64,000 bases of DNA from Candidatus Uhrbacteria bacterium (GCA_018664485.1 JABJOE010000006.1:71294-135293); one strand, 5' to 3'. Numbered from the stretch's first letter, positions 10,764 to 21,750 are shown. The notes: a model not told the origin generated them from the sequence alone. Program-made: numbers and translations.

Positions 10764-11017
10764 GAATGCTCAGGGTTATGAATATGGAGCTGAGTCTGCG
10801 CTGTCAAAGGATAGATCCATCAAAGTAGCTATCAGGATTGGGCGTCCGTTATTATATTTTCTCATTAGAATATAGGGAAAGGTTATAACGGAGACAATCC
10901 TGCATTCTAGCTACTCTTGCCGGGCCATAACCTATAACGTGCTCGGAAGACCTTATTTGAGCAGAATCCTTCGTTAGAGGTGAAGGGTGAAAGTTTTATA
11001 TTTTCGGTCCCGATGGA

Positions 11018-11434
11018 TTGACGTGGCGTATAAAATACGATAATAAAGGTAGTAGTTACATATTTCACACTCCGGGAGCAGATATATTCATTCCAGGTTC
11101 TAAATACCCGCTCACAATCTCTCTACCGCCAGCCCAGCAAGGCAAACCAGCCCGCACTGAGCTAATTGTGCTCACCTTCATTGCCCACAAGATCTACTGG
11201 GACGTCGTCATCCAAAACGGCAAAACCGAACACCACCTCAAAGTGCAAGTGATCGGCGTCAGGTTAGTTCCTGATGTTGAAAAAACGATCCACCCGGATC
11301 TCACCCATGGCATTAAGATCAAGATGAGGCTCAAGGACGATCGTCCAAAGATGCTGCCAGCCACCATAGAAGTCTCATGCATACTGAAAAAGGACGGGAA
11401 ATTCCACGGGTCTCTTCTCGTTAACGGTAATTAG
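11018..11434 (+). CDS. Hypothetical protein (true start probably downstream)
   Basis: ORF followed by a GC hairpin at about 11455-11490; the listed TTG start coincides with a -35 box (TTGACG-17-TAATAA), so the start is uncertain. Confidence 0.4.
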   Translation: MTWRIKYDNKGSSYIFHTPGADIFIPGSKYPLTISLPPAQQGKPARTELIVLTFIAHKIYWDVVIQNGKTEHHLKVQVIGVRLVPDVEKTIHPDLTHGIKIKMRLKDDRPKMLPATIEVSCILKKDGKFHGSLLVNGN

Positions 11435-11557
11435 CCATGAGCACAAACAACTTGCCTCGCTCCGACCCTCGTGTTGGAAAGCGGGGCTTTGTTTTAAACC
11501 AAAAAGAACCCGGCTAGGCCGAATTCTTTTGTATTTGTATGTTGCTTTTTGTGGCCT

Positions 11558-14500
11558 CTACTTCGACTTGAGTGACAGATCGACTCTCTTTATCAGCTTG
11601 GACAAGTCAACGTCCATTAGTGTTGCGTCGTCTACCGCATCACCTACATCAAAGTGTGAGAAGAATGCCGGGTTCATGTCTACAACATAGTCAGCCCAGT
11701 CTGCACCGAAGAGATCAATTGCTACCTCTTCATCTGTAATCCAACGCAGCTGTGGTCGTAGTACTTCCCCTTCCTGCTCTGTGAGCATATATACATATGG
11801 AATGGACTGGATCTTTACCAATACAGAACCAGGCTTTGGAAGCATTAGTCCGTCTACTGACATTGAAACCATTTCCTCATATTCTATCTCTTCAATCTCG
11901 TCGAATGAATCTGCCCATGTGAAGTATGCAAGTGAGTTTACAAACGGTCGACGTGTTCCAATGTTTGTTACACAATATACAGTTGAGAACTCGTGGTACT
12001 TCACAAATCTATCTGTACAGTACACTCCGCTCTTTGCATTTTCCGCCTCCTCCTCTTCCACAACCTCTTCTTCCTCACCAAATAGATACTCGGCAGATGA
12101 CGCAGTACTTAATATATTGGCGATATCGTTGAGCTCTACTTTGAAAATAATTTCATCTCCTTCCTCTACTCCTTCTGGAGTCCAGTTGTAAGTACTGTTG
12201 TTAAACATGTACTGCTCAATGACTGTGTAGGTAGAGCCACTATTTAATGAGTAGGAAAGATCGACCAAATTCTCAGGACCAAGAGTAGTCCATGTGAGTT
12301 TAATCTTCTCATCAATACTAAGTGACGTTACTGTCTTTGAGGAGTCCACTGGCTGGTACACACGCAAGCTTCCAACTGACGGATCTACACTGTCATATAC
12401 AGTGGAAGATGAAGAAGCGCTTGCAGTTGTAAACGTTGCAGGGTGTGTAACTCCAGCTGCCGGACCAATGAGTGCATTTCCAGTGGTGTCGTTTGCAGTT
12501 GTTGTTGTAAACGTTATGTCAGAAGATCCGGAGAACTGACCTGAGTGTGAAATTGTAAGAGTTGTGTCTGACACACTCCAAGCGTTTGAGAGTCCTGACG
12601 GTGAGTCATCGAAGGAATATGCAGTGGAGCCAGTGTTAATTGCCTCGGAGAAAACAACGACTACGTCAGCCGAACGGCTAACATCTGTAGCCCCATCTGC
12701 CGGGGTAATGCTGACAATGACAGCACCAGCGGCGTCTGCAATTGCAACGGCGCTAATGTCGACGACAGCGTTAGCGTCTGTGTCATCCAATGAGTCGGCA
12801 GTTCCGTTTGCAGCAGTATATGCAAATGTAAGTGTTGGACCAGTTGTGTTTGCAACTGTGTTTGTAAGTGTTAATCGGAGATCTGTTGTAGACGCCACAC
12901 ATGCAGACACGGCAATAGATCCGGCGTCAGCACCACCAATGGTGTAGTCCCCGGCTTCGCATTCTCCAACCTCGATCGTTTCTGAGAAAACAATATCAAG
13001 GCGGTCAATATCACCGTCTGTATCTAAATCTTTGTATGACTGAGAAACATTCACTGGACTTGCCTCGTCAGACAGTGACGTTGCACCAATGGATGATATA
13101 GCGTTTGAAGTACCATCTAGAATAGATCCGGTAGACGCGGTAAAAGCGAGCGTCGGCTCCGTTCCACCTGACACACCCGTGAGGTTCGCGGCTGCAGACC
13201 CCGTAAGGACAATGGCAGTTGACCCGTTTCCAGATGAGTATCCACTCACGTCGAAGCTTGTAAGTGTGTTTGCAACTGCAGTCCAATCTCCATCGCTGTA
13301 TGTAACGGTGACAGGCTCTGTGAAGGTAAGTGTTACCTGGTCGATGGTTCCGTCAGCGTTTGCGTCACCGTACGCAGGAGCGTTTGCACCATCTGTTCGC
13401 ATGACTGCGGCGGCACCGTCGGTCAGTGACGCCGCTGACAAACTAGCAAGTACATTGGAGTTTGCATCCACGAGTGAGTTTGCGGTGTCATTTGATGCGT
13501 CGTAAGCAAAGGTTAGTGTGAGAAGTGTGTCCAAACTTGGAGCGGTGGTAAGCGTATATCGAACATCCGTTCCACTCACAACACAAGCGCTCACAGCCAT
13601 AGATCCAGCATCTGCGCCGGCAATTGCATAGTCCCCAACCTCACAGGTAGCAACTGTAATTACCTCGGTGAATGTGAGGTCAGCGCGGTCTACAGTTCCG
13701 TCACCGTTTGCGTCAACATATGTTTGAGATACAAGTTGTGGTAATGCTAAGTCAGTCAAAGTAACAGCTGGCACGGACGTCACAGCAGAGCTCGCAGCGT
13801 CCAAAAGTGACCCGGCAGTTTCATTGTTTGCATAGCTCCATGTAAAGGAAAGGCTCGTGTCGTTGGAAGGAGCATTGGCAACAGTAAAGGTAATTGTTGA
13901 TCCACCAACAGAGCACCCTGAGCTGTCTACAACGGCGATCGTACCTGCGTCAGTACCAGCAAACACAAAGTCTTCCGTTTCACACTCATCAAGCGTAATG
14001 CTCTCCGAGAATGAAACAGTAACTCGGTCTACTTTTCCATCGGTATCATTATCTAAGTAAGTTTGACCTGTTGAAACTGGAGCAGCCAGGTCTGTCAAAG
14101 CCGCAGCTGTAAGGTCAGCGACTGCGTTTCCGGCAGTGTCATCTAGCGAATTGGATGTTCCGTTTGCAGCAGTGTATGCCAAGGTCAATGTGAGGGCCGT
14201 ATCATTTGAGGGCGCTGAAGATACCGTAAGTTGCAGACTCGTAGTTGATGTTGCACAAGATGCAATTGAGATTGAACCCGCATCTGCCCCACCGACTGTA
14301 TAGTCACCAGCCTCACATTCGTCGTATGCGATATTTTCTGTAAATACGATGTCAAAACGATCTACCTGCCCGTCAGCATTCACATCTTTATATGCTTGCG
14401 ATACTTTGATCGGAGCAGCCTGATCAGTGACCGCCTTATCACTAAAGGAAGCCGCATCTTCGCTTCCACCATCTTGAAGTGAACCACTGGTACCCGATGA

Positions 14501-17500
14501 CGCCGTATAATTCCACTCAATATCAATATTAGTATCGCTCGACGGAGTATTTGAAAGTGTTAGTCGAAGATCTGACCCTGATGTTGCACAAGCGCTCACA
14601 GCGATAGTACCTGAATCATCTCCACCGAAAGTGTAGTCTCCGAATTCGCACTCATCGAGCGTTGGCATCTCAGAGAAAGTTACATCTAACCGATCAATGG
14701 TTCCATCTGAATTTATATCTTTGTAGCCAATAGCCAAGATCGCCATCGCAGCACCATCTGCAACACCTGATTCCGGTAGCGAAGGTACGGTTGTGGTTCC
14801 GTCAGAAATCGATCCTGTAGTTGCGGTAAATTCTATAGTTGGCTCTGTTCCGCCAGCAACTCCAGTTACACCAACATCTGCTGTGGCTGTAAGGATAATT
14901 GAAGCCGATCCGTTTCCAGAGTCATATGCAGACACATCAAAGCCTGATAGATCGTTAGCAGTTACAGCCCAGTCTCCATCGGCATATACAATCGTGACAT
15001 CTTCCGTAAACACAGCGGTCACCTGGTCAATAGTTCCGTCTCCATCATCATCTTGATATGTAAATGACATGAGTACTGGAATAGCCCCGTCAGTAAGTGC
15101 CACCGTCGTGATATCTGTAGCATCGTTTCCTGCAGCGTCATCCAGCGAGTTTGCGGTTCCGTTTGATGCGTCGTATGCAAAAGTTAATGCCAGATTTGTG
15201 TCGTTTGAAGGCGCTCCGGTAAGCGTTAGTCGCAGATCAGTTCCAGACACTGCACAAGCTGAGATTGCAACAGATCCGATGTCAGCGCCAGCTAGCGTGA
15301 AGTCAGCAGTCTCACATTCGTTTACCGTAATCGTTTCAGAGAAAACAACATCAAGTCTATCTATCGTTCCATTTGCACTCGCATCCTTATATGAGCGAGT
15401 CATATCGACAGGAATGGCTTCGTCAACCAATGTAGTTGCAGATATTCCACTCAGTGAAGCACCTCCCCCATCAACAATAGAACCACTTGAAGGTGTGAAT
15501 GCTAAAGTTGGCTCCGTTCCACCCGAGACACCGGTCAAACTAGCGTTTGCAGATGCTGTGAGTAGAATCTGTGTTGTACCGTTTCCAGAAAGATACGCTC
15601 CAGTATCAAAACCTGTGAGGTCATTTGCTGTAGCAGACCAATCTCCATCGCTGTACGTTAGAGTTGCAGCTTCAGTAAAGGTAAGTCGAACTCGATCAAT
15701 CGTACCGTCTTCATTATCGTCTAGATACGCCATCTTATTTGAACCGTCTGTTCGAAGTGCAGGGGCTGCAGCGTCATCAACAGTCTCGGCGCTAAATGCA
15801 GCGTCGGTATTGGAATTCGCGTCAGTAATAGATCCACCAGATGCCGTGAAGGCTAGAGTAGGTTCCGTTCCACCTGCTACACCGGTAGTATTCGATTGAG
15901 CTGTTGCCGTTAAGTAGATTGTTGCAGTACCATTTCCAGATGAGATAGCTGACACATCGAAACTTGTGAGGTCGTTTGCCGTTGCAGTCCAATCCCCATC
16001 TGTATATGCAATAGTTACAGCCTCTGAGAACTTCAACCGAACCCTGTCAACCGTTCCGTCTGTATTATTATCCTCGTATTGAATGTCATTTGAACCATCA
16101 GTTCTAAGGAATGGGTTTGCATTGTCAACTATCGACACGCTGCCATCCGGGTTTGACGTTGCATTAGTACCATCGGTCCACTCACTTGTAATTCCAGAAA
16201 CAGCAGCAGATCCAGCCCCCGTATTGATAGCCACCTGACCAACGACGCTGGACAAAGTCACCACAGCCGACGACCCCGCTGGGTCAGAAATTGTTGCGGA
16301 ACTCACAGTCTGCCCATCAGGTAAAAGAATAGTTCCAAAGTCAGCCAGAACAGGTGCAGCAGAATCGTTAGTATCCACATCCTCAGACCAGGTCATTACA
16401 ATTTGATCGATCAATCCGTTTCCTCCAGTATCATCTATCGCCAGGCTCGCAAGTACGGGTGCCGCAGCGTCAGCTAAAGTCAAAGCACTAATATCAGCCA
16501 CAGCATTTGCGGCAGAGTCATCAAGTGAGCCTGCTGTACCATTCGCTTCTGTATACGCAACTGTAAACGTCAGAAGAGTATCATTAGCCGGAGCGCTTGA
16601 AAGTGTAAGTTGAAGATCAGCTGAAGACGTCGCGCAAGATGCGACAGATATTGATCCAGCATCCGCTCCACCTATCGTAAAGTCCCCTCCCTCACATTCA
16701 TCAACTGCGATATTCTCAGAAAACGTAATATCAACACGATCTACCTGTCCGTCCAAATCTGTATCAAGATAGCTCTGCGTTCCGATTGAAACTGGAGCCG
16801 CCCCGTCAGCAAGGGCAGTTGCGGAAATATCTGCAACAGCATTTCCGGCGCTATCGTCAAGTGAACTCGCTGTACCGTTTGCCGCAGTGTAAGCAACCGT
16901 AAGCGTAAGATTTGTGTCATTGCTTGGCGCGTTTGAAATGGTGAGACGTAAGTCATCTCCACTTGCCACACATGAAGCAACCGCGATGCTACCCGCATCT
17001 GCACCACCTGCCGTGTAGTCACCTGCTTCACATTCATCAAGTCCAATGTTTTCACTGAAAGTAATATCAATCCGGTCGATGGTTCCATCTGAATTTGTGT
17101 CTTTATAGGCTCCAAATGTTGCTGCAGGAGCAGCTTCATCTGTCGCTGTCACGGAGTCAGACGTGAGCTCACCTCCTAGAGTTGTTTCAACTGACCCAAC
17201 AACCGAGACTAGTGGTAATGCGTCAGTATCTCCTGATCCCGACTCCGTTAGAATAATAGTCACTATACCCGCCGACGTCTCAGATGCAGAGGACACAGTA
17301 AACCCAGCGACTGTAAAATCAGAACCTGCTACGGTTGAAGCATTTAAATCTAAATCGAATGTAGCAATAATCTGATCAATTTGACCATTGCCATCATCAT
17401 CCTTTGTTACCGATGAAGTTAAATCCGGAGGAGTGGCCGAAGCACTGGTATACAGTGTACCTGCAGTACCATTCTGACCTGTTCCTGAACCAGAACCGGC

Positions 17501-19504
17501 TGCAGCAAGAACGGTATTTCCGTCTGAAATGAAAGTAGTAAGCGTGTCTCCAGATGTTGAAGAGTACGTAATTGAAACACGCCCACCTCCTCCACCACCA
17601 GAATCTTGTGTATCTCCACCGTTAGCGTCTCCACCGGTTGTAGTCAAGGTTCCACTAGAGCCCGCATACGGACCAGATGTAATATAAATTGAACCACCAG
17701 AACCTCCACCAGGAGATCTATTGGTGAGGGCATTGGTCGGGTCTCCACCGTTAGCACTAATCGTACCAGCGTGCGTCAATGTACCGGACACATCCAAACG
17801 AATAATTCCTCCACCAGGTCCTGCAACTGAATTTGATTCATTTGTATGTCCTCCAGTAGAACCATACAAAACCGGCGCAGTATTAGAACCATAGGTTCCA
17901 CCACCAGCACCACCAGAACCTCCATTACCGGTACCACCAGCACCACCATGTCCTCCTCCACCAGCATTTGAGTTACCCCCACCAGCACCCGTTTCGCTCC
18001 TTGTACACGCGTTTGAACCATCAGGCCCCTTACCGTCTACTGCTGATCCAGGAAAGTTTTCCGTACAGCCATATTCATCTGCATTTATAGAAGTACTTGA
18101 ACCAACCGAAAGAGCTACCAGATTAGTCCAGCTAACATTAGACCTAATACTAGTTGTTCCGGTTAGATCAATTGTTGCGGCATCATCTATAACAAACGTT
18201 CCACGAACACCTCCAGTAATTGTAACGTCATCCCATGTAGTGGTAACGCCTGCTGGAACAGTAAAATCAATATCGACACCTGTATTATTAACATTGATAG
18301 TTGATCCGCTGGCAATATCAAAATCATTTCCACCAGTAAATACAACGTCAGTTAAAGAAGCGTCAGTACACGTAAGTGTTCCTCCAAAATAAAACTCATC
18401 GGTAGCCGTTAGAGTTACATCTGCAGTTCCAGACTCACATGCAATAACAGATGTATCAAATCTCAATCCACCTGAGCTGGTTACGTTCGTAGCGTCGACA
18501 TAAAGTTGATAATAGTAAACAACGTCACTAGTTGCGGAGCCTAAAGTGTAAGCTGAACCATCAGTTCCATCAGCTGCGGACCCCGGCCCAGAACCACCCG
18601 AAACAAGAAAATCATTGGCAGCCATACCTCCCCCTCCGTTGAAAGAGTCTGTCGTGTATAACAATGAAATAATCCCTCCACCTCCACCTCCACCGTCAGC
18701 GGAGCTGTTATCACCTCCAGCACCACCGATCGCGGAGAACGTACCGGTAGAACCAGCGAGAGTACCCGTCGAGATAAATATAGACCCACCCGATCCACCA
18801 CCTCCAGCACGGTTCGTACTATTTGTACCACCAACAGCACCGTCTGATTCGATAATTCCATTATTAGTAAGCGTGGTCGTTACATCGATTCGAACAACAC
18901 CTCCTCCAGCACCACCTACTCCAGCGTTTCCAGACCCACCAGACGTACCGAATAGTAGCGGACCAGTCACTGTATCGTAATGAGATCCTGCAGCCTTAGT
19001 CGTTCCCGCACCACCGTTCCCACCATGACCTGACCCACCCGCACCCGTCGTACTAGTTGAGGCACCGATTCCAGCACCTGCAGTTGCAAGCGTACAGACA
19101 TTAGAACCGCTAGGCCCATAACCTGTATTGTTATTTGTAGATGTACAACCCTGACCATCTCCAGAAATAGAAGAACCGCTATCAATTTGAAGGTTGTCAG
19201 TTTTGAGGTATGGGTACCATCCATTAACTTGGTCTCCATCAAATGTAAGAGTAGAGGTTGAAGTTACAAGAATATCTACACCAGTACAGTCCCAATAATC
19301 CCCGAGTGCAGCATATCCAGTTGTATTCCAACTAGTGCTAGAGCTAATCGTAATAGTACCATCAGCGGTTGCGTCATCGTCACCGGCCCCACCGTCTGTT
19401 GCGGGACATGAAACTGCCGCAGCAGACACACTTTGAAAACCAAAAAAGATTCCCAACAAAGAGAAAATGACGATAAACAAACTCAGTCGTAAATAACGCG
19501 TCAT
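11558..19504 (-). CDS. Giant secreted/surface repeat protein (2648 aa), putative adhesin or S-layer-like
   Basis: Signal peptide (MTRYLRLSLFIVIFSLLGIFFGFQSVSA), Gly-rich GGGSGGSI region, 14 tandem ~110-aa repeats starting YxDxxxDGx(I/V)D(R/Q), Ig-like Big_5-type domain (ITPADGATDVSRSADVVVVFSEAI), C-terminal module STVYCV..RRPF..YFTW. Confidence 0.9.
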   Translation of the reverse strand: MTRYLRLSLFIVIFSLLGIFFGFQSVSAAAVSCPATDGGAGDDDATADGTITISSSTSWNTTGYAALGDYWDCTGVDILVTSTSTLTFDGDQVNGWYPYLKTDNLQIDSGSSISGDGQGCTSTNNNTGYGPSGSNVCTLATAGAGIGASTSTTGAGGSGHGGNGGAGTTKAAGSHYDTVTGPLLFGTSGGSGNAGVGGAGGGVVRIDVTTTLTNNGIIESDGAVGGTNSTNRAGGGGSGGSIFISTGTLAGSTGTFSAIGGAGGDNSSADGGGGGGGIISLLYTTDSFNGGGGMAANDFLVSGGSGPGSAADGTDGSAYTLGSATSDVVYYYQLYVDATNVTSSGGLRFDTSVIACESGTADVTLTATDEFYFGGTLTCTDASLTDVVFTGGNDFDIASGSTINVNNTGVDIDFTVPAGVTTTWDDVTITGGVRGTFVIDDAATIDLTGTTSIRSNVSWTNLVALSVGSSTSINADEYGCTENFPGSAVDGKGPDGSNACTRSETGAGGGNSNAGGGGHGGAGGTGNGGSGGAGGGTYGSNTAPVLYGSTGGHTNESNSVAGPGGGIIRLDVSGTLTHAGTISANGGDPTNALTNRSPGGGSGGSIYITSGPYAGSSGTLTTTGGDANGGDTQDSGGGGGGRVSITYSSTSGDTLTTFISDGNTVLAAAGSGSGTGQNGTAGTLYTSASATPPDLTSSVTKDDDGNGQIDQIIATFDLDLNASTVAGSDFTVAGFTVSSASETSAGIVTIILTESGSGDTDALPLVSVVGSVETTLGGELTSDSVTATDEAAPAATFGAYKDTNSDGTIDRIDITFSENIGLDECEAGDYTAGGADAGSIAVASCVASGDDLRLTISNAPSNDTNLTLTVAYTAANGTASSLDDSAGNAVADISATALADGAAPVSIGTQSYLDTDLDGQVDRVDITFSENIAVDECEGGDFTIGGADAGSISVASCATSSADLQLTLSSAPANDTLLTFTVAYTEANGTAGSLDDSAANAVADISALTLADAAAPVLASLAIDDTGGNGLIDQIVMTWSEDVDTNDSAAPVLADFGTILLPDGQTVSSATISDPAGSSAVVTLSSVVGQVAINTGAGSAAVSGITSEWTDGTNATSNPDGSVSIVDNANPFLRTDGSNDIQYEDNNTDGTVDRVRLKFSEAVTIAYTDGDWTATANDLTSFDVSAISSGNGTATIYLTATAQSNTTGVAGGTEPTLAFTASGGSITDANSNTDAAFSAETVDDAAAPALRTDGSNKMAYLDDNEDGTIDRVRLTFTEAATLTYSDGDWSATANDLTGFDTGAYLSGNGTTQILLTASANASLTGVSGGTEPTLAFTPSSGSIVDGGGASLSGISATTLVDEAIPVDMTRSYKDASANGTIDRLDVVFSETITVNECETADFTLAGADIGSVAISACAVSGTDLRLTLTGAPSNDTNLALTFAYDASNGTANSLDDAAGNDATDITTVALTDGAIPVLMSFTYQDDDGDGTIDQVTAVFTEDVTIVYADGDWAVTANDLSGFDVSAYDSGNGSASIILTATADVGVTGVAGGTEPTIEFTATTGSISDGTTTVPSLPESGVADGAAMAILAIGYKDINSDGTIDRLDVTFSEMPTLDECEFGDYTFGGDDSGTIAVSACATSGSDLRLTLSNTPSSDTNIDIEWNYTASSGTSGSLQDGGSEDAASFSDKAVTDQAAPIKVSQAYKDVNADGQVDRFDIVFTENIAYDECEAGDYTVGGADAGSISIASCATSTTSLQLTVSSAPSNDTALTLTLAYTAANGTSNSLDDTAGNAVADLTAAALTDLAAPVSTGQTYLDNDTDGKVDRVTVSFSESITLDECETEDFVFAGTDAGTIAVVDSSGCSVGGSTITFTVANAPSNDTSLSFTWSYANNETAGSLLDAASSAVTSVPAVTLTDLALPQLVSQTYVDANGDGTVDRADLTFTEVITVATCEVGDYAIAGADAGSMAVSACVVSGTDVRYTLTTAPSLDTLLTLTFAYDASNDTANSLVDANSNVLASLSAASLTDGAAAVMRTDGANAPAYGDANADGTIDQVTLTFTEPVTVTYSDGDWTAVANTLTSFDVSGYSSGNGSTAIVLTGSAAANLTGVSGGTEPTLAFTASTGSILDGTSNAISSIGATSLSDEASPVNVSQSYKDLDTDGDIDRLDIVFSETIEVGECEAGDYTIGGADAGSIAVSACVASTTDLRLTLTNTVANTTGPTLTFAYTAANGTADSLDDTDANAVVDISAVAIADAAGAVIVSITPADGATDVSRSADVVVVFSEAINTGSTAYSFDDSPSGLSNAWSVSDTTLTISHSGQFSGSSDITFTTTTANDTTGNALIGPAAGVTHPATFTTASASSSSTVYDSVDPSVGSLRVYQPVDSSKTVTSLSIDEKIKLTWTTLGPENLVDLSYSLNSGSTYTVIEQYMFNNSTYNWTPEGVEEGDEIIFKVELNDIANILSTASSAEYLFGEEEEVVEEEEAENAKSGVYCTDRFVKYHEFSTVYCVTNIGTRRPFVNSLAYFTWADSFDEIEEIEYEEMVSMSVDGLMLPKPGSVLVKIQSIPYVYMLTEQEGEVLRPQLRWITDEEVAIDLFGADWADYVVDMNPAFFSHFDVGDAVDDATLMDVDLSKLIKRVDLSLKSK

Positions 19505-19556
19505 GTAGCCGCATTATACACCCATTTACTTAGAAAAAAAGCTTACCTATGGACAA

Positions 19557-20210
19557 TTAGAAACATCGACCACCGATCAATAGATCACAGAGCGCCTCAG
19601 ACGGTACGCTGATGAAGAAAAATACGTTAAAGCTAGTCATGAAAGACAGGAATACTAATATAAGTAGCACTCGAGGCCCGTGCTGAGCGATAGCACGCCG
19701 AATTTTCTGATGCTCCGGCTTTGTAAGCAGTGCATCGAGCAATTTTGACCCGTCTAGCGGGTGAATTGGAATAATATTAAAGAAAAGAAGGTATAGATTG
19801 ATGATTATCAAAAGTATAAGAAAGAATCCCAGAGCGTTTCCGGCAACGATCATTCCGCCGGCATCCAAACCGCGAAATGCTATAGCTGAAAGAGTAGCTA
19901 CGATCAAATTTGACGCAGGGCCGGCAAGTGCAATCTTCACAGAATCCCATTTCGGGTCTTCTAAGTTGTATGGGTTAAACGGTACTGGTTTTGCCCAACC
20001 AAATCCCAGAAGAAGCAACGGAATAAACCCAACCGGGTCGATATGTGCTACCGGATTGAGTGTGAGTCGCCCCATAGCCTCGGCAGTCCGGTCGCCAAGA
20101 CGTTCGGCTGCGAGAGCGTGTGCGAACTCGTGCACAGTAAGCGACATTAAAATTACAGCTAACCAAACAAGGGCGAGAAACGGCTGTTGTGTAAGAAGAG
20201 AGATGAACAT
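19557..20210 (-). CDS. Site-2 protease family (M50) membrane metalloprotease
   Basis: HEFAH zinc motif, GRLTLNP, GWAKPVP, AGPASN, NIIPIHPLDG. Confidence 0.95.
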   Translation of the reverse strand: MFISLLTQQPFLALVWLAVILMSLTVHEFAHALAAERLGDRTAEAMGRLTLNPVAHIDPVGFIPLLLLGFGWAKPVPFNPYNLEDPKWDSVKIALAGPASNLIVATLSAIAFRGLDAGGMIVAGNALGFFLILLIIINLYLLFFNIIPIHPLDGSKLLDALLTKPEHQKIRRAIAQHGPRVLLILVFLSFMTSFNVFFFISVPSEALCDLLIGGRCF

Positions 20211-20212
20211 AA

Positions 20213-21520
20213 TTATTCTACTCTGATATCAGCACCGATCGATGCAAGTTTTCCATAAAGATCCTCATATCCGCGATCCAAATGATGTACGCCATCAATC
20301 ATCGACTCCCCTTCCGCTACGAGTGCAGCAACTACGTACGCTAACCCGGCGCGAATGTCAGGCACTGTCATGTTTGCAGCCTTTAATTTGCTTGCCCCCT
20401 TGATCACTGCTGAATGCTGATAGTTCTGATCCTTGAATCGGCAAGGCAGCTCACCCAAACAACTACTGAACAACGTAATATCTGCGCCCATTCTCTTTAG
20501 AGCTTCCGTATAGCCAAATCGTTCTTGGTAAACAGTCTCGTGAACAACGGAAGTTCCGTCAGCTTGTGTTAACACAACTACGAATGGTTGCTGCCAGTCA
20601 GTTGAAAAACCTGGATGCGTATCTGTCTCAAGCTGTATACCTTTATAATTTCCGTTACCTCGGAATAGAATTCCATCAGGTTCAACGATGTATTCCCCAC
20701 CGATCATCCGTACGGCGTTTAAAAATGTAATCATCGAGCTGTGGCCAGCTCCTTCACAAAAAATCTCACCTTTCGTCGCAAGTGCTAACGCCGCAAAAGA
20801 CGCAGCCTCCAAACGATCCGCTAAAACACGATGCGTACAACCGTTCATCTTTTCCACTCCTACAATTTCGATGTGACGACCGGCTCCTCGCTCAACCACA
20901 GCTCCCATTTTCTGTAGCATCATTATCAGTGAAATGATTTCCGGTTCAATCGCGGCATTCTTAATAACAGTACGCCCCTTCGCCATCACCGCTGCAAACA
21001 AAATAGTTTCTGTTGCTCCAACTGATGGATACGCAAGCTCGATTCGAGCGCCCTTAAGTCCATCCGGTGCCGTTACGCGAATTGAATCTTCCCCCTCTTC
21101 AACTATCGCACCCATCTGCTTAAGCGCCTCAACATGAAAGTTTACAGGGCGTGGTCCAATATTGTCTCCATGTGCTCCACGGCCTGGCATTGGTACGTGA
21201 GCTTCTCCTACACGATGCAAAAGTGGTGCCACAGTTAGAATCGACAATCGATTTTTTCGTGTTAGCTCCATCGCACTTGTATTTTCGATCGTTGGAGTAC
21301 GTAGCTCGACCGTATGATCATGCACAGTAGTTGTAGCCCCGAACATTTCAACTAGCTCCCGCGCAATGTCGGTCTCCAGCTGAAGCGGCATGTTGGTTAA
21401 AATCACTGGCTCGTCAGTCAGAAGTGAAGCAATCATCATTTTAGATGCTGCATTCTTCGCTCCTGCGATTTTTACCTTTCCCTTGAGGGGTTTTCCACCC
21501 GTAATAAATAGTTTTTCCAT
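20213..21520 (-). CDS. murA: UDP-N-acetylglucosamine 1-carboxyvinyltransferase (Asp-type)
   Basis: GAKNA, YPSVGATE, NAAIEPEI, HPGFSTD, PDIRAG, HLDRGYE. Confidence 0.97.
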   Translation of the reverse strand: MEKLFITGGKPLKGKVKIAGAKNAASKMMIASLLTDEPVILTNMPLQLETDIARELVEMFGATTTVHDHTVELRTPTIENTSAMELTRKNRLSILTVAPLLHRVGEAHVPMPGRGAHGDNIGPRPVNFHVEALKQMGAIVEEGEDSIRVTAPDGLKGARIELAYPSVGATETILFAAVMAKGRTVIKNAAIEPEIISLIMMLQKMGAVVERGAGRHIEIVGVEKMNGCTHRVLADRLEAASFAALALATKGEIFCEGAGHSSMITFLNAVRMIGGEYIVEPDGILFRGNGNYKGIQLETDTHPGFSTDWQQPFVVVLTQADGTSVVHETVYQERFGYTEALKRMGADITLFSSCLGELPCRFKDQNYQHSAVIKGASKLKAANMTVPDIRAGLAYVVAALVAEGESMIDGVHHLDRGYEDLYGKLASIGADIRVE

Positions 21521-21532
21521 ATCAGTACATAC

Positions 21533-21638
21533 GTATTTGGACTATTTTCAGCTTATGGGGCCCCGCCACTCACTCAATGACCGAGTGGGGTTGTTTCGAG
21601 AGATGGCTCCCTGTGCACGCGACACAAGCCTCAAATAC
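21533..21638. repeat. Dispersed palindromic element copy F (murA 5' region)
   Basis: Minus strand ATTTGAGG...CATAAGCTGAAAATAGTCCAAAT, ending 14 nt before the murA ATG; 3' arm nearly identical to copy E. Confidence 0.75.
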
Positions 21639-21750
21639 CTAAGTCCTTTACTAAGTCATGACAAGGATACCGCGAGGTGGCGGTAGTGGCAACCAATTGA
21701 CAACCCTTATATAAAGAGACATTGTATATAAACACTACAACTCGAGGCTG

